Of a stretch of DNA of 25,893 nucleotides, positions 8,763 to 19,059 are shown piece by piece. Origin of the DNA: a virus (lineage: Duplodnaviria > Caudoviricetes). The stretch covers positions 1 through 25,893 of IMG/VR virus record IMGVR_UViG_3300014168_000015. One strand, given 5' to 3'. Numbering within the stretch: position 1 is the first letter of the stretch; the number at the start of each line of letters is the position of its first letter. The position numbers and the translations under genes were made by a program. The notes under the pieces are model-generated. The model was given only the letters and a program-made list of their open reading frames with translations, made no database searches and had not been told where the DNA came from.

Positions 8763-11726
8763 TTAACCCCCACCACTAATAATTTGGCCAATATTTGTTA
8801 ACGTCTGCCCCAAAGAATCTCCTGTATATGTAGCATTTGTACCAGTCGTATAAGCCGGATTCTGAGTTGCGCCTGTTGGTCTGAGACCCAAAATTGCACC
8901 ATAAGGAGACCTAGTAAATGTTGCACCCATACTAAGTAATACTCCGCTTAGTGGACCATTTGGTGGGGCATACCCACCAATATCAGTGTTTTGAGGTAGT
9001 GTAGAAACTGCATAGGGTCCAACATTGTTGCTGTTAGTGGGTCCAATATACCCTTGTAGAAATACCTGTAATGCATCCACTGAATTTGACCAAGTTTGTA
9101 AGGCAGAAGAAGACGAGGACTGAGAGACTGCTGAAGAGGCTCCGGGGGCTCCAGAAACAGTCCCTGATCCATTATTTGGGCTAGACCAGTTAGGGATAGC
9201 AAAGTTGGTTTCAGTGACTCCCACATCCCCATCGGAATATGCGAGTTCAAAGTAAGGCACGTTAGTCTTATCAAATCTTTGGAAGGGGAAAGTGGATGTC
9301 ACCAACGTATCTTGGCTAGATAGAGTATTCTGAACAGTCAGAGGAGGTGTTAATACAGCGAGTTGATATGCAGGAGAGGAGGGAGTGGTTGAAGTGGTTA
9401 GCCCCGCAGTTAGAAAAGCAGAAATTGCGATACTTGTCGATGAGGTAGGGGCAACAATCTGACTCTCTGGCCAGCCATCATTGCGAGTAAAAGTGGCCAA
9501 GGCATCAGTCAGAGTAGCATAACGCCCCCACGGAAAGGGAGAAATAACCTCATACCCTTTTTCATTGGTGTAGGGCTGAACCATTGTAGTTCGATCAATA
9601 TAGTTGCCATCTGCAACCTTTGGAGCAGAAAAGATGGTGCCTGTGGCAGCATCCAGCCCACCATTATACCAAGTGTTAGTAGAGTCGGGGGCGGAAGAAT
9701 TACCACTTTTATTTTTGGGAAAAGGCACCTTTGTACCGTCAGTCCCATTAGGGCCACTTCCCCCGTCATTTTGTATTCTCCAAGTCGGAGTGGAGGTGTT
9801 AGCAGGTTGGTCTGTCCATGTCTCATAAATGCCCCCCAATTTCTGGGTAAGGTAATTGTAGACTGCTCTTTGAGTAGAATCAGGTTCCCCACTTGGCACC
9901 AAGGGGACGGATGAAATAGTCCCAGATTCAGAGAGAACATTTCCACTATTAGGGTCATACTGAGTGGCGGAAGCAGTAGTAAACGCATGGACTAGATTAG
10001 GTTGGGCTGCAAACACTTGAATAGTGGTAGGGGTGTTGACCCCGTTAATTACCTGGGAGGTATTTTGTGTTTGCAGAAACAAAGGGCGTTTTCTTACGAA
10101 ATTGCAAGTAATGCTCGTAGTGGCCTGACCCCCAACATTATAGCTCATGGCAATCCCAGTTATGTAAGCATATATGTCTTTATGGGGAAAATAGACAGTA
10201 AAGCCTAAACGAAGTTCGGGGCGAAGGGGGATTGAGACCGTGTAGGTAGTGAACCCCCGGTTTGCCTTTGCTAACTCCGCAGCACAAAATCCATAGGTCG
10301 CTCTCATATCGTTGTGTAAAAAACCTACCGCTTTAGCCGGTTCTTGGCGAACCCCAAACTTCCTCACTAGATTAACATCAGTGAACCTTGAGACTTTAGT
10401 GTATTCCGTGGGGGGAGCTATCTGGTACCCAGAGGGATTGTTAAAATTTGCGGTTATTGACATCGAAGTCTTAATAATAGCCGCCTCATCCTCTTGGTAA
10501 TTTTCAGAGAGGATCTCAGACATATGAATAATAAAAGGATTGGTGTCAGAAGTAATTCCGTCATTGACTAAACTTCCTGATGCTGGGGCTGAAGTGGAAT
10601 CCCCAACGATTGTGCAATCCAAGTTGTATAGGGGGGGCTTGATTATTATCAACCCATCTACATCCTGATACCCCTCAAAACCCATGATTTCAGTCAGGTA
10701 ACGAATCCGTTCTAATCGAGAGACTAGCTGGCTTCCAAATAATTTCAAACTTGCCAGAGACATATCAAAACTGTAATTATGGATAAGAGAAATGATAGCT
10801 GCATTTTCTTTACACATCTCCGTTTGCTTTTTAAGAACCGAGGGTGCGGCCCCAGAAATTACAGCAATAGAGCTATTCATAAGTGCATTGGTGTCACCAG
10901 AGACTACAGGAGAGGATATGGCATTATTGGCGGATGACCAGCCAAATAATCGCACATCTCGGCATAAATCCTGAAGATTTGTGGCCCATTTAGTGGCATA
11001 CTCCTTGCTAATGGCAAGTTTATCCCTATCTTGATTACTACCAGCTAATTTCTGTTGAAAGGCTTCCTGAAGGAACTCACTAAAGTCAATCCCCCTATGA
11101 AAAGTGTCATAAAGAGCCCCATAAATATTCAATGAAGATTGATTAGTCCTAAAGACGGTTAGGAGAGAGTTTGAAGCAGAAATGATAGCGCGATTAAGTT
11201 CAATCTGCGTTATTTCGAGAAGACGGCATATCCCCACGATACCAATTGATATCTCAAGACTGGTGGGAGTTTCGGTTAAAGCAACAGACTTTATCAGTCC
11301 ATTAAATATGCGTCTAAAAACAGTATTACCGTCCGGAGAATAAAAATAACCTTTGGCATAAATACGAACTGCACTCATTATGTCAATAATCGTATTACCC
11401 CCAGGAGCCATAAATAGCTGCTTTGAGCCGTTGGGGACAGAGAGGTTGATAGTTCCAGAAGGCATAAATGAGTCAATACTGTAAGAGGTTGAAATAGCAG
11501 TGATATAGTCATTAAAGTTAACTGCAACCAAATTCGTAGAGCCCTGACTCAAGTATGGATTATTAATAAACGGAAGGGCATCAATATAAACTACCATGTC
11601 GGGGGCAGTTTTGATAATCTCTCGTTCTTGTGCAGTTTGCACAATATTACGAATCTTATTCGAAGCCAAAATGACAGTCGAATGAGAGTGAGAGCGGGGG
11701 TCAACAATGACTTCTTGGTCAGACAC
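8763..11726 (-). CDS. Baseplate hub protein, T4 gp27/Mu gp44-like (987 aa)
   Basis: GTG start with TAGGAG SD. Hub-like motifs (YITAISTSYSIDSF.PSGTINL, RIFNGLIKSV, FEGYQDVDGLIIIKPP.YN, KFGVR, IPLRPELRLGF, YITGIAMSY) and a low-complexity S/T/G-rich C-terminal extension; lies between the tube-initiator-like genes and the spike. Confidence 0.65.
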   Translation of the reverse strand: MSDQEVIVDPRSHSHSTVILASNKIRNIVQTAQEREIIKTAPDMVVYIDALPFINNPYLSQGSTNLVAVNFNDYITAISTSYSIDSFMPSGTINLSVPNGSKQLFMAPGGNTIIDIMSAVRIYAKGYFYSPDGNTVFRRIFNGLIKSVALTETPTSLEISIGIVGICRLLEITQIELNRAIISASNSLLTVFRTNQSSLNIYGALYDTFHRGIDFSEFLQEAFQQKLAGSNQDRDKLAISKEYATKWATNLQDLCRDVRLFGWSSANNAISSPVVSGDTNALMNSSIAVISGAAPSVLKKQTEMCKENAAIISLIHNYSFDMSLASLKLFGSQLVSRLERIRYLTEIMGFEGYQDVDGLIIIKPPLYNLDCTIVGDSTSAPASGSLVNDGITSDTNPFIIHMSEILSENYQEDEAAIIKTSMSITANFNNPSGYQIAPPTEYTKVSRFTDVNLVRKFGVRQEPAKAVGFLHNDMRATYGFCAAELAKANRGFTTYTVSIPLRPELRLGFTVYFPHKDIYAYITGIAMSYNVGGQATTSITCNFVRKRPLFLQTQNTSQVINGVNTPTTIQVFAAQPNLVHAFTTASATQYDPNSGNVLSESGTISSVPLVPSGEPDSTQRAVYNYLTQKLGGIYETWTDQPANTSTPTWRIQNDGGSGPNGTDGTKVPFPKNKSGNSSAPDSTNTWYNGGLDAATGTIFSAPKVADGNYIDRTTMVQPYTNEKGYEVISPFPWGRYATLTDALATFTRNDGWPESQIVAPTSSTSIAISAFLTAGLTTSTTPSSPAYQLAVLTPPLTVQNTLSSQDTLVTSTFPFQRFDKTNVPYFELAYSDGDVGVTETNFAIPNWSSPNNGSGTVSGAPGASSAVSQSSSSSALQTWSNSVDALQVFLQGYIGPTNSNNVGPYAVSTLPQNTDIGGYAPPNGPLSGVLLSMGATFTRSPYGAILGLRPTGATQNPAYTTGTNATYTGDSLGQTLTNIGQIISGGG

Positions 11727-11735
11727 TTACTACTC

Positions 11736-12635
11736 CTATGGGTTACCAGCGATAGCCAGGGCAGCACTTGGGGAAGTAGTGGAGTCAGCTTGAGGTGGCG
11801 TGGAAATTCCGGCAGAAAGAGGGTTTATTATCTCGCGGGAGTGTCCCCGATACACATTATTTCTAATGGAGGAGAGCCAGGGAGAGCCAGAACCAAATCT
11901 TTCTTTCCATGCAATAAATCCTATATCAAATGTGCTATAAAATGGGTTTTCAGCAGACTTAACATGGGTCATATTAGTGAACATCCCACTCCATTTGAAA
12001 TTCCCGACAGTAATTACCACATCTCCGTGGCTTTTTATCCTTTTTCTGGAGTAATCTGGAGCGTACCAGGCAGGGTTCTGCTCCTCACCTTCAAACCAAT
12101 AACCATTATTGAGAACTGCATTAGTAAGTTCTGACAAACTACGATAGCTTAAACTATACTCCTCCCACTGGTCTGTTAACCCATTTTGAAAGTAATCTCC
12201 AGCAGTCATACCTGTCATGTGCAACTCAACCACATCTTCACCCCAGATACCAAACTGCCATCCACCACGAGCCATACTCTGGCTATCCGCAGTTTGATGA
12301 GACACACTGAGTGTGTGTGGATTTATTAAGAATCTGTAAGTATAGTAGGGATCCATATAATTTGCAGTATTTTTGGTACGAGAAGGGATACTCACCGTCA
12401 CGAAATCAGTAAAAGTGGATTTTGCAAAAGAGATTGCCTCATATGCTGTGGGAACTTGTAAGGCGTCATCCGATCCAGAAGCATTAAGCTGGGGAGGGGG
12501 GGCCACAGAAGAGGCAGTCATAGAAACTGGGACTAATCTGGTCTCTCCACGAACGGGGAGGGTGCCAGTCTTAGTGGCGGAGGTCAAATCGAAGTTTGGG
12601 GAGTTCCAAATGGGGTTAAGAGAGTCATCTGACAT
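11736..12635 (-). CDS. Tail-tube-fold baseplate/tube initiator-like protein (299 aa), paralog of 12654-13724
   Basis: FLINPHTLSV, RGGWQFGIWGEDVVELHMTGMT and WSGMFTNMTHVKSAENPFYSTFDIGF motifs align with the neighbouring gene; downstream of the tape measure. Confidence 0.6.
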   Translation of the reverse strand: MSDDSLNPIWNSPNFDLTSATKTGTLPVRGETRLVPVSMTASSVAPPPQLNASGSDDALQVPTAYEAISFAKSTFTDFVTVSIPSRTKNTANYMDPYYTYRFLINPHTLSVSHQTADSQSMARGGWQFGIWGEDVVELHMTGMTAGDYFQNGLTDQWEEYSLSYRSLSELTNAVLNNGYWFEGEEQNPAWYAPDYSRKRIKSHGDVVITVGNFKWSGMFTNMTHVKSAENPFYSTFDIGFIAWKERFGSGSPWLSSIRNNVYRGHSREIINPLSAGISTPPQADSTTSPSAALAIAGNP

Positions 12636-12653
12636 TTTAGTTATCGTCCATGG

Positions 12654-13724
12654 TTATCCAACAAGCTCCTGACTACCAACCGCACCCGAGGCAGAGAGGG
12701 AGTTGGCCGCACCTGTAACTCTAGCATTGAAAGCAGCGTTAGAGGCAGCCTGGGCCGCAGCAGAACTCTGTGTGTAGAACACATAGTTTATCGCTCGTTC
12801 TACTTGAAAAATAAAGTCAAATTTCCACTGATAAGGAGAATTGGCATCCATGGTCCAAGTTAGAGATTTGAAGTAGCCCTGGTAGACGTTCCCCTTGAAA
12901 TTCATGATAACTTGCCCTTTGACCATTACATCATTATTTCTGGCATTTCTCTGAAAAGTATTTGACCCATATTGAGCAGACCATATAGTGGGAGAAAGTT
13001 GAGTTCGGTTATTAAAGGGGGAGTCTGAGTCTGTTGCGACAAATCGAGTCACCCCATTATTTTTAAAAAGGCTTAATAATTCAATGAAAGCATCTTGAGC
13101 GGCCACACGAAATCTGTGATTATAATACATCCCCCGTAGCTTCTCTAAGGCAATCGGTGAAGCATCTGGACCTGTGTATGGGTAACCGTAGGAATTAGGA
13201 GAAGACTGACCATACGCAGATTTATCAATGGAATCTTCAAGAGCATCGGTGTTATTTTCTAGAGACATTATTTCAGTAATGCCATAACGATTCATAAAAA
13301 GCCCAGTGCTCCCAGATCCGGTAATAATATCCGGTTCCATCCCCCAGAAGGTCAGGTGGACACCCGATCTGGTGTTGGCTTTATTGATAATATGCTTCAT
13401 TTGATGAGATACTTGATTAAGGCTGCAATTCAATTTTACCGTCAGGGGGGATTGGTTAGCCAAGGAGTTGGGCAGCATAACTGAAGGCTTAGTGGAATCC
13501 AAGCAAACTTGGAATGTAACAGGGGACTTCAAGCGTTTCAGTGTGGGGTTTCCCGTGAATCCAATCTGCCACCATGGAGCATTTGCTAAGTTAGTATATC
13601 GGACCAAAGTGTCTAATGCTTGACTCATTTGACCCGTAACATCGGAAGCCGACAAAGAAGATTGGACGGTCTGGGCTGTGGATATCCCTAAGTCTGTATT
13701 TGGATTGGTTGGGGTGTTACCCAT
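12654..13724 (-). CDS. Tail-tube-fold baseplate/tube initiator-like protein (356 aa)
   Basis: RSGVHLTFWGMEPDIITGSGST and YQGYFKSLTWTMDANSPYQWKFDFIF motifs; TGATG overlap with the tape measure stop codon. Confidence 0.6.
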   Translation of the reverse strand: MGNTPTNPNTDLGISTAQTVQSSLSASDVTGQMSQALDTLVRYTNLANAPWWQIGFTGNPTLKRLKSPVTFQVCLDSTKPSVMLPNSLANQSPLTVKLNCSLNQVSHQMKHIINKANTRSGVHLTFWGMEPDIITGSGSTGLFMNRYGITEIMSLENNTDALEDSIDKSAYGQSSPNSYGYPYTGPDASPIALEKLRGMYYNHRFRVAAQDAFIELLSLFKNNGVTRFVATDSDSPFNNRTQLSPTIWSAQYGSNTFQRNARNNDVMVKGQVIMNFKGNVYQGYFKSLTWTMDANSPYQWKFDFIFQVERAINYVFYTQSSAAAQAASNAAFNARVTGAANSLSASGAVGSQELVG

Positions 13725-16700
13725 CAGACCTTACCCCCTTTTCCTGCTTCATAAACAATCTGGCCATCCCCTCTAAGAGGAGCCTGTTCCCCAGCATGAC
13801 TAGGAACCGTCACTGCCCCGTCCGTGTTGACAGAGGCATCAGCACTAAGTATTGTAGTATTATTTATATGCATGGCCCTAAGTTGTCTATTTACAGCTTT
13901 GACACTTTCCCCTCCAGCTATGAGATTACGCTGTTCAGCATACACTTGTGGCCAATCTACCTTTATTCCAGTAGCTCTCCTTCTATCTGCTTCTTCCATG
14001 GCTGCCTTAACTGACCCTTCTCCTGATGCACTTGAAGCTAACTGAGCAAGGAGGCGATGGGGTGCATCTTTAAACATTTTATCTGAATAGTCTAAACGAG
14101 CACTTTCTATTTTAGTTTGATAAGCCACTGTATCTTGAGGTGTAGCCCCTGGTTTAGCGCCTCTCCATAGGGGCTCGTCAAATTTTTTTTCCTTAAGAAG
14201 ATTTTCAGATACCCACTTGGCTGTAGCTGGAAACTGTTGATACTTCCCCCAAGCAGCAGAGCCACCCTTATTAGGCAAATTATAAGATTTTGCATCGGGT
14301 AGCCCGCTAGATTCACTCTGAGCTATACCTGCTAGGACTTGCTCCCTTGAGGGCATATTTTCATCAAGAACATCCCAGGGCTTAGTCTCTCCCGGTGCCA
14401 ACCCTTTTTCCATTACAGCAGTAGCTTCGTGAGAGGTGAGTGCTGCCTGCACACTTGACTTTAAATCAGCTACACGCATAGAACTCATCTCATTATTAGC
14501 AAGGGGGCCAGAGCGAAGAACTGATGAAATGTCTCTGCGAAGTGCTGAGATTTCATTAGTCCCTGTACGTGAATTTGCGGCTAATCCTTGAGCCTGCTTT
14601 ATAGTGGAAACTACATCAGCTATCCTCTTTTTATCCTCCCCAGAAGCTTTTTCGGCGGCTTCTTCAAATTGCTTCAACGGTCCCATTTCCATCGGTAGTT
14701 CTTTCTGAGCATAATCCGCAGCACTAGTTTTTTGATCAGCAAGTGTTTGCATATCCGTTTTGAAGAAATATCTATTAACAAAATTCACCACCGTTTCGAG
14801 TAGGGTGATGATATGCTCAACCAGGGCTTTCAGTGCCTTCTGAATATAATCTAACGGCCCTGTTATATACCTTTGATTCTCTTCTGCGGTATCCTTAGCT
14901 GCCTTTGTCTCAGCTTCGGTGATGTTATCGGCTAACCTTTGAGCAGCAAGATCATTAAATACAGCCTGAACTGGTTTCATTTCAGTAATGTCTTTTCCGG
15001 CTTTTACATTCTTTGCAATGCTTTCCCACTCTTTGGGGCCTATACTAGAGAATTGAGCCCTGGCAGCTTTTCCTTCTTCAGTAGCGGGGTTCATTTGGGC
15101 AGCTTCCTTGATTCCGGCTAGAATCTGGTGTCCAGCTTGCCCAAGTTGAGTGGTGAGGTTTTCCGGATGAACATTAAGATGCTCTGCCACTTTCAAAAAT
15201 TCAGGGCTTTTCTCTAAACTTTGAACTCTATTGGAGGCCCCAGCCGTAGTGCCCATAAAATCTGATAGCTTGGTGCCTGACGGCATTGCTACTTTGAGTA
15301 AAGATAGTTGCTTAGCTATTTTTCCTTGAAGAGTCTCTCCAGTCGTAGCCTCTTGAGTAGCAAGAGCAAGAGCAGAGTGATCCTTCATGGCACCTCTTCC
15401 CTTCTTTCGCTCCTTGATAAACCGCTCCATTTCCGCAGTTTCCTCTGGGTGGCCTGGGGTCACTCGGTTCCTTAGTTCTTCATCAGAAATACTCTCCAAC
15501 TCATTGGTGTCTTTTATTTTTCCCTCTCCAATGAGTTTAGCTCCGGTGGCCTGATAGGTGGCTTGCATACTTTTGGCAAAGCCTAATCTTCCTTTTTCCC
15601 CCATGCGCTCATAGGCAAAGATACTCTGCTCATATGTTTTCTTATCACCCTCTAAGCCCTTCACCATCTTAGAGATATCATCTGTGGTAAAAGTGGCATT
15701 TTTACCCAAAAGTAGCATCAATCCACATGTAAAATTCAAGGATTTATTCAGTTTATCAAACTGTCCTGTCACATCATCAAGCAACTTCAGATAGGAAACA
15801 GTGCTAATCCCAGTTGATTGCACCGCTTTACCAATATGAACGAACATATCCTCTACTTCACCCATAGAGAGGCTAAATTCATGCATGAGCTTCATTGTCA
15901 ATTGAGTAGATTCAGTGGTATCTAGTCCAATATTTTTCCCAAACATTGCACCATTTCTGATCACTCCGCTGTATATGTTGGATGCACGAGGGGCCGCTAA
16001 CGCCTGATCAGGGGTCATACCTTGGTTGATCTTCCCATAATTGGTTTGGAGTGCCTGACCCGATTCCACCACAATTTTCATCATATCTGTCATTTTTTCA
16101 AAGTCCAGATCATAGTATCGAGCGGCTCCCTTCCCTTGGCCCCCCATGCCAAATCCTCCGGGTTCCAGAGCCTGACTCCAAGCGTTATAATTCTCCCCCA
16201 TTCGACCACCACCTTGGACGATCCCACCCTTACCAAGTTTGGAGTATATATCTTTATTTCTGTCAAATCCTTGTTGGAATAATTGAAGAAGACCATAGAT
16301 AGCAGCAGCAGGCCCAGCCATTTGCATAGCTGCACCCCCCAGAACCGAGCCTCCTCCGGCCTCCATCATTCCCATCCCTGCTTTACCTAGGAGTCCCATA
16401 GACCCCGATCCTGCGGATGCCAAAGCTCTCTTACCAAGCTGGCGATCCAGGATGCCCATGACCCCAGTCTTGCCAGATAGTTGTCGAACTAATCCAGCCC
16501 TAGCTTCTGGAGTTTCAGCATTTCTGTATAACCCTCCTAGCTGAGCAAATCCCTTTTCTCGCCTTATTGTGTCCCCAGAGGTAAATTCCTTATAGGCACT
16601 CCCAGCGGCCCGGTTATACTGCCCCGCTCTCGCCTGACCACTTTTGATGGTCTCCTCTTTGATTTGCTTGATCTTCATCTGCATATTGGCCAGATTTCCA

Positions 16701-17314
16701 AACAAGCCCTTAAACCCAAAATTATCAAGAAGTTTCAATCCTCTCAGGGCTCCGCTGATTCCATCATCAAGGGATTTTCCAAGTTTATGAGCACTGGAGA
16801 TAGGTTTTGAAAAGTCCATATCATCAAAAGCCTCATTTACCCCACGTGCATTCTTTGCTGCTGCTTTTAGTTTATCACTAACATCCGCAGCCCCAGTAGC
16901 CACTGCATCTTCGGCATCACCAATAGAGTTCAGAACCTTATCAATATCTTGGAGTTTCTTCAAATCCCCTGTGTGAAGGGTTTTCAAATCAGTGTATTCT
17001 GCCTTAAGATCTCGTAACAGTTTAATGCTTTTTTCCTTATTCTTGATGTCTTCAGCATCCAAGCGATGGATTCTCATTGTCAAAGCATTTAGCTGCTTAA
17101 ATTTGTCAATCCCATCAGAGACAAAATCGGCTACATGATGAAGGGAGTCCCCCCAATCCTTCAAAACTTTCTCGCTTTTTTCAATAGGATTGTACATTTG
17201 GTCAAGAACAGTTTTGAGGTCAGCCGCGACTGATAGATTATCCCCCAAAATAATTTTCATACCCTTGAGTGTCTCAAGAGTCTCCCTACTGATTGCGCTA
17301 GCCCTTGCTGCCAT
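13724..17314 (-). CDS. Tail tape measure protein with C-terminal lysozyme-like/lytic transglycosylase domain (1196 aa)
   Basis: Long helical Ala/Lys/Gly-rich protein with a Gly-rich hydrophobic segment (GLLGKAGMGMM...AAAIYGLLQLF). C-terminal IAQSESSG...YN...SAAWGKYQQFPATA (~14220-14330) matches the catalytic-Glu and GxYQ motifs of lysozyme-like folds. Located between chaperone-like and baseplate genes. Confidence 0.8.
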   Translation of the reverse strand: MAARASAISRETLETLKGMKIILGDNLSVAADLKTVLDQMYNPIEKSEKVLKDWGDSLHHVADFVSDGIDKFKQLNALTMRIHRLDAEDIKNKEKSIKLLRDLKAEYTDLKTLHTGDLKKLQDIDKVLNSIGDAEDAVATGAADVSDKLKAAAKNARGVNEAFDDMDFSKPISSAHKLGKSLDDGISGALRGLKLLDNFGFKGLFGNLANMQMKIKQIKEETIKSGQARAGQYNRAAGSAYKEFTSGDTIRREKGFAQLGGLYRNAETPEARAGLVRQLSGKTGVMGILDRQLGKRALASAGSGSMGLLGKAGMGMMEAGGGSVLGGAAMQMAGPAAAIYGLLQLFQQGFDRNKDIYSKLGKGGIVQGGGRMGENYNAWSQALEPGGFGMGGQGKGAARYYDLDFEKMTDMMKIVVESGQALQTNYGKINQGMTPDQALAAPRASNIYSGVIRNGAMFGKNIGLDTTESTQLTMKLMHEFSLSMGEVEDMFVHIGKAVQSTGISTVSYLKLLDDVTGQFDKLNKSLNFTCGLMLLLGKNATFTTDDISKMVKGLEGDKKTYEQSIFAYERMGEKGRLGFAKSMQATYQATGAKLIGEGKIKDTNELESISDEELRNRVTPGHPEETAEMERFIKERKKGRGAMKDHSALALATQEATTGETLQGKIAKQLSLLKVAMPSGTKLSDFMGTTAGASNRVQSLEKSPEFLKVAEHLNVHPENLTTQLGQAGHQILAGIKEAAQMNPATEEGKAARAQFSSIGPKEWESIAKNVKAGKDITEMKPVQAVFNDLAAQRLADNITEAETKAAKDTAEENQRYITGPLDYIQKALKALVEHIITLLETVVNFVNRYFFKTDMQTLADQKTSAADYAQKELPMEMGPLKQFEEAAEKASGEDKKRIADVVSTIKQAQGLAANSRTGTNEISALRRDISSVLRSGPLANNEMSSMRVADLKSSVQAALTSHEATAVMEKGLAPGETKPWDVLDENMPSREQVLAGIAQSESSGLPDAKSYNLPNKGGSAAWGKYQQFPATAKWVSENLLKEKKFDEPLWRGAKPGATPQDTVAYQTKIESARLDYSDKMFKDAPHRLLAQLASSASGEGSVKAAMEEADRRRATGIKVDWPQVYAEQRNLIAGGESVKAVNRQLRAMHINNTTILSADASVNTDGAVTVPSHAGEQAPLRGDGQIVYEAGKGGKV

Positions 17315-17925
17315 TAAGAATCCCTATCGGTATTGGCAATCTCAGAAATTGCTTCCTTATACACTTCCTGTTGAGCATTTTGAATTTCTTGAAGGGCTTG
17401 TCCGATAAACCGTTTCTCTACCTCAGTCATAACCTGACTATCAGGTAGGGACTCAAATAATCGGTCCTCAATTTTTTGGCAATGAACCATAAGGATTTTC
17501 CACAGAATGTTAACCACTTCTTGCCCCCATCCCATGATGAGATTACGGATCACCACCCGCATGGCCATTTCTTGATTAGTCGTAGGGTCCATAATGAACT
17601 CATCCTTACGGGCTTTGAGATCAATTCCATTTACCCAGCTAATTGCACGAGACAAAATCTCAGCCTTGACTCTAGATACCCAGGCATGTCCTTTATATTC
17701 TTCAACTGCCAGGAGGGTCTCAATCTCTTCTTCAGTGGGGATGTTAGAAAGGCGAAGCTGAATCTGCTTCCCGCTGGCCCCAAAACTGATCAATTCAGAG
17801 GTTTCTTCAATCCCAAACCCTTTTAGATCTGCAATAATATCCTCAAGCGAGAGTTGAGGGGGGGCAGGAATCTGAACTGGGGCTTTCTTGATTTCAGTGA
17901 TTTGCTTAGTATATTTTCGAGTCAT
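17314..17925 (-). CDS. Putative tail assembly chaperone (203 aa)
   Basis: AGGAG SD; GKQIQLRLSNIPTEEE hairpin-helix pattern, ILSRAISWVNG; TAATG-coupled to the tape measure gene. Confidence 0.5.
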   Translation of the reverse strand: MTRKYTKQITEIKKAPVQIPAPPQLSLEDIIADLKGFGIEETSELISFGASGKQIQLRLSNIPTEEEIETLLAVEEYKGHAWVSRVKAEILSRAISWVNGIDLKARKDEFIMDPTTNQEMAMRVVIRNLIMGWGQEVVNILWKILMVHCQKIEDRLFESLPDSQVMTEVEKRFIGQALQEIQNAQQEVYKEAISEIANTDRDS

Positions 17926-17955
17926 TAAAGCTCCTGGGCTACATCAGAGAGACGG

Positions 17956-19059
17956 CTACCCTTCTCTTTCAAAATACTTTGTGATTCTTTCTGAACTTGG
18001 AGGGGCTTCATCAGATTGACTGGCTAGTTCAGAAATGGACTGTTGCACCACTCCCTGAGATCTGGCACGGATCTCTCGCTCTCTTCGTTTTACTTCAGCA
18101 TCAGTCACCACTACCAGGGATCCATCATCCTCAAGAGTAGCCAGTTCTGATCTACGCTTTTGTACACGAATCTGAAGTTCCCGTTCTCTCGCTTGTGCTT
18201 CATTTACTTGCTTGTTATAGAACTGCTGCATAAGTTGTTCATGTTTATCCCCATGCATCATTCCATCCATCTCACGAAGCAAACCTTGAACTGTGTTATC
18301 TTCGTGAGAGTGACCAAACCCATCCTCAAAATGTGGGGCATCGGACTGTAGTTTAGTGTAGTCAACAACCTCTGTCCAAGGTTCAATCTGATCCATTTTC
18401 AAAGAGTTGAGTTCACGAACCAATTCTTTTACATACTTATCCGCACTCTTCCCCACCTGGGCACGAACGATAGCACTCAGGTTAAGGCTCTCTTCCAATC
18501 GCGTAATAGATCGATTTCTAATAGCAGTAAGCAAAGCCCAGAGGCTAAGATGATTGGAAGGGGCCAGAAGTTTTATACTTTTCCCATCTGGTAGGGTGAT
18601 TACCTTTTGTTCAAACGTATGGTCATGTTTTGATTCCCATAAAAGTTGGCTAGTCTGAGTGGAACAAAAAGCAGAGATATAGGGGAATAGCGAGATATCT
18701 GCAATGTTAGCAGAGTAGATTCGGTGGAGGATAGAATTGATTTCATATATATCTAGGTCATTAACCTCATCCTCAGTAAGAGTAGTGCAATGAGTGAGCA
18801 CCAACAAGATTTTTTCCTCCTCATTTTCTATCATTCTATCTAAAATTTTGCGCTCTGAGGGTGCTAGAGGTCTGATCCACCCAATTCGTCTCCCATTTAA
18901 CTTAAGAGGGCGCACCCTAGCCCCTATAGTAATGATTTCTTCCATGGCGGAGGAGACCTTTTCTTTCACCTCAAGTGCTATGTTGGACTGCTTGTATTTC
19001 AATTCGCCAAGACTGATTTGGTTCATCAGATCGACGCCAGATGGGATTTCGCTCACCAT
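17956..19059 (-). CDS. Putative tail assembly chaperone-like protein (367 aa)
   Basis: LKLNGRRIGWIRPLAPSE chaperone-like motif, charged coiled-coil C-terminus, upstream of the tape measure; 7-nt overlap with the previous gene. Confidence 0.45.
   Translation of the reverse strand: MVSEIPSGVDLMNQISLGELKYKQSNIALEVKEKVSSAMEEIITIGARVRPLKLNGRRIGWIRPLAPSERKILDRMIENEEEKILLVLTHCTTLTEDEVNDLDIYEINSILHRIYSANIADISLFPYISAFCSTQTSQLLWESKHDHTFEQKVITLPDGKSIKLLAPSNHLSLWALLTAIRNRSITRLEESLNLSAIVRAQVGKSADKYVKELVRELNSLKMDQIEPWTEVVDYTKLQSDAPHFEDGFGHSHEDNTVQGLLREMDGMMHGDKHEQLMQQFYNKQVNEAQARERELQIRVQKRRSELATLEDDGSLVVVTDAEVKRREREIRARSQGVVQQSISELASQSDEAPPSSERITKYFEREG

Noticed and set aside
13708-13722. Match between the candidate RNA (GGGTAACACC, 21234-43) and the start of the 356-aa gene as a guide-target pair
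   Set aside because: Only 10 contiguous nt; several such matches are expected by chance between a 190-nt query and a 26-kb window.
14183-14190. A8 run (minus strand) in the tape measure as a programmed frameshift site
   Set aside because: It lies inside the C-terminal enzyme domain, encodes ordinary EKK, and no long alternative-frame ORF follows.
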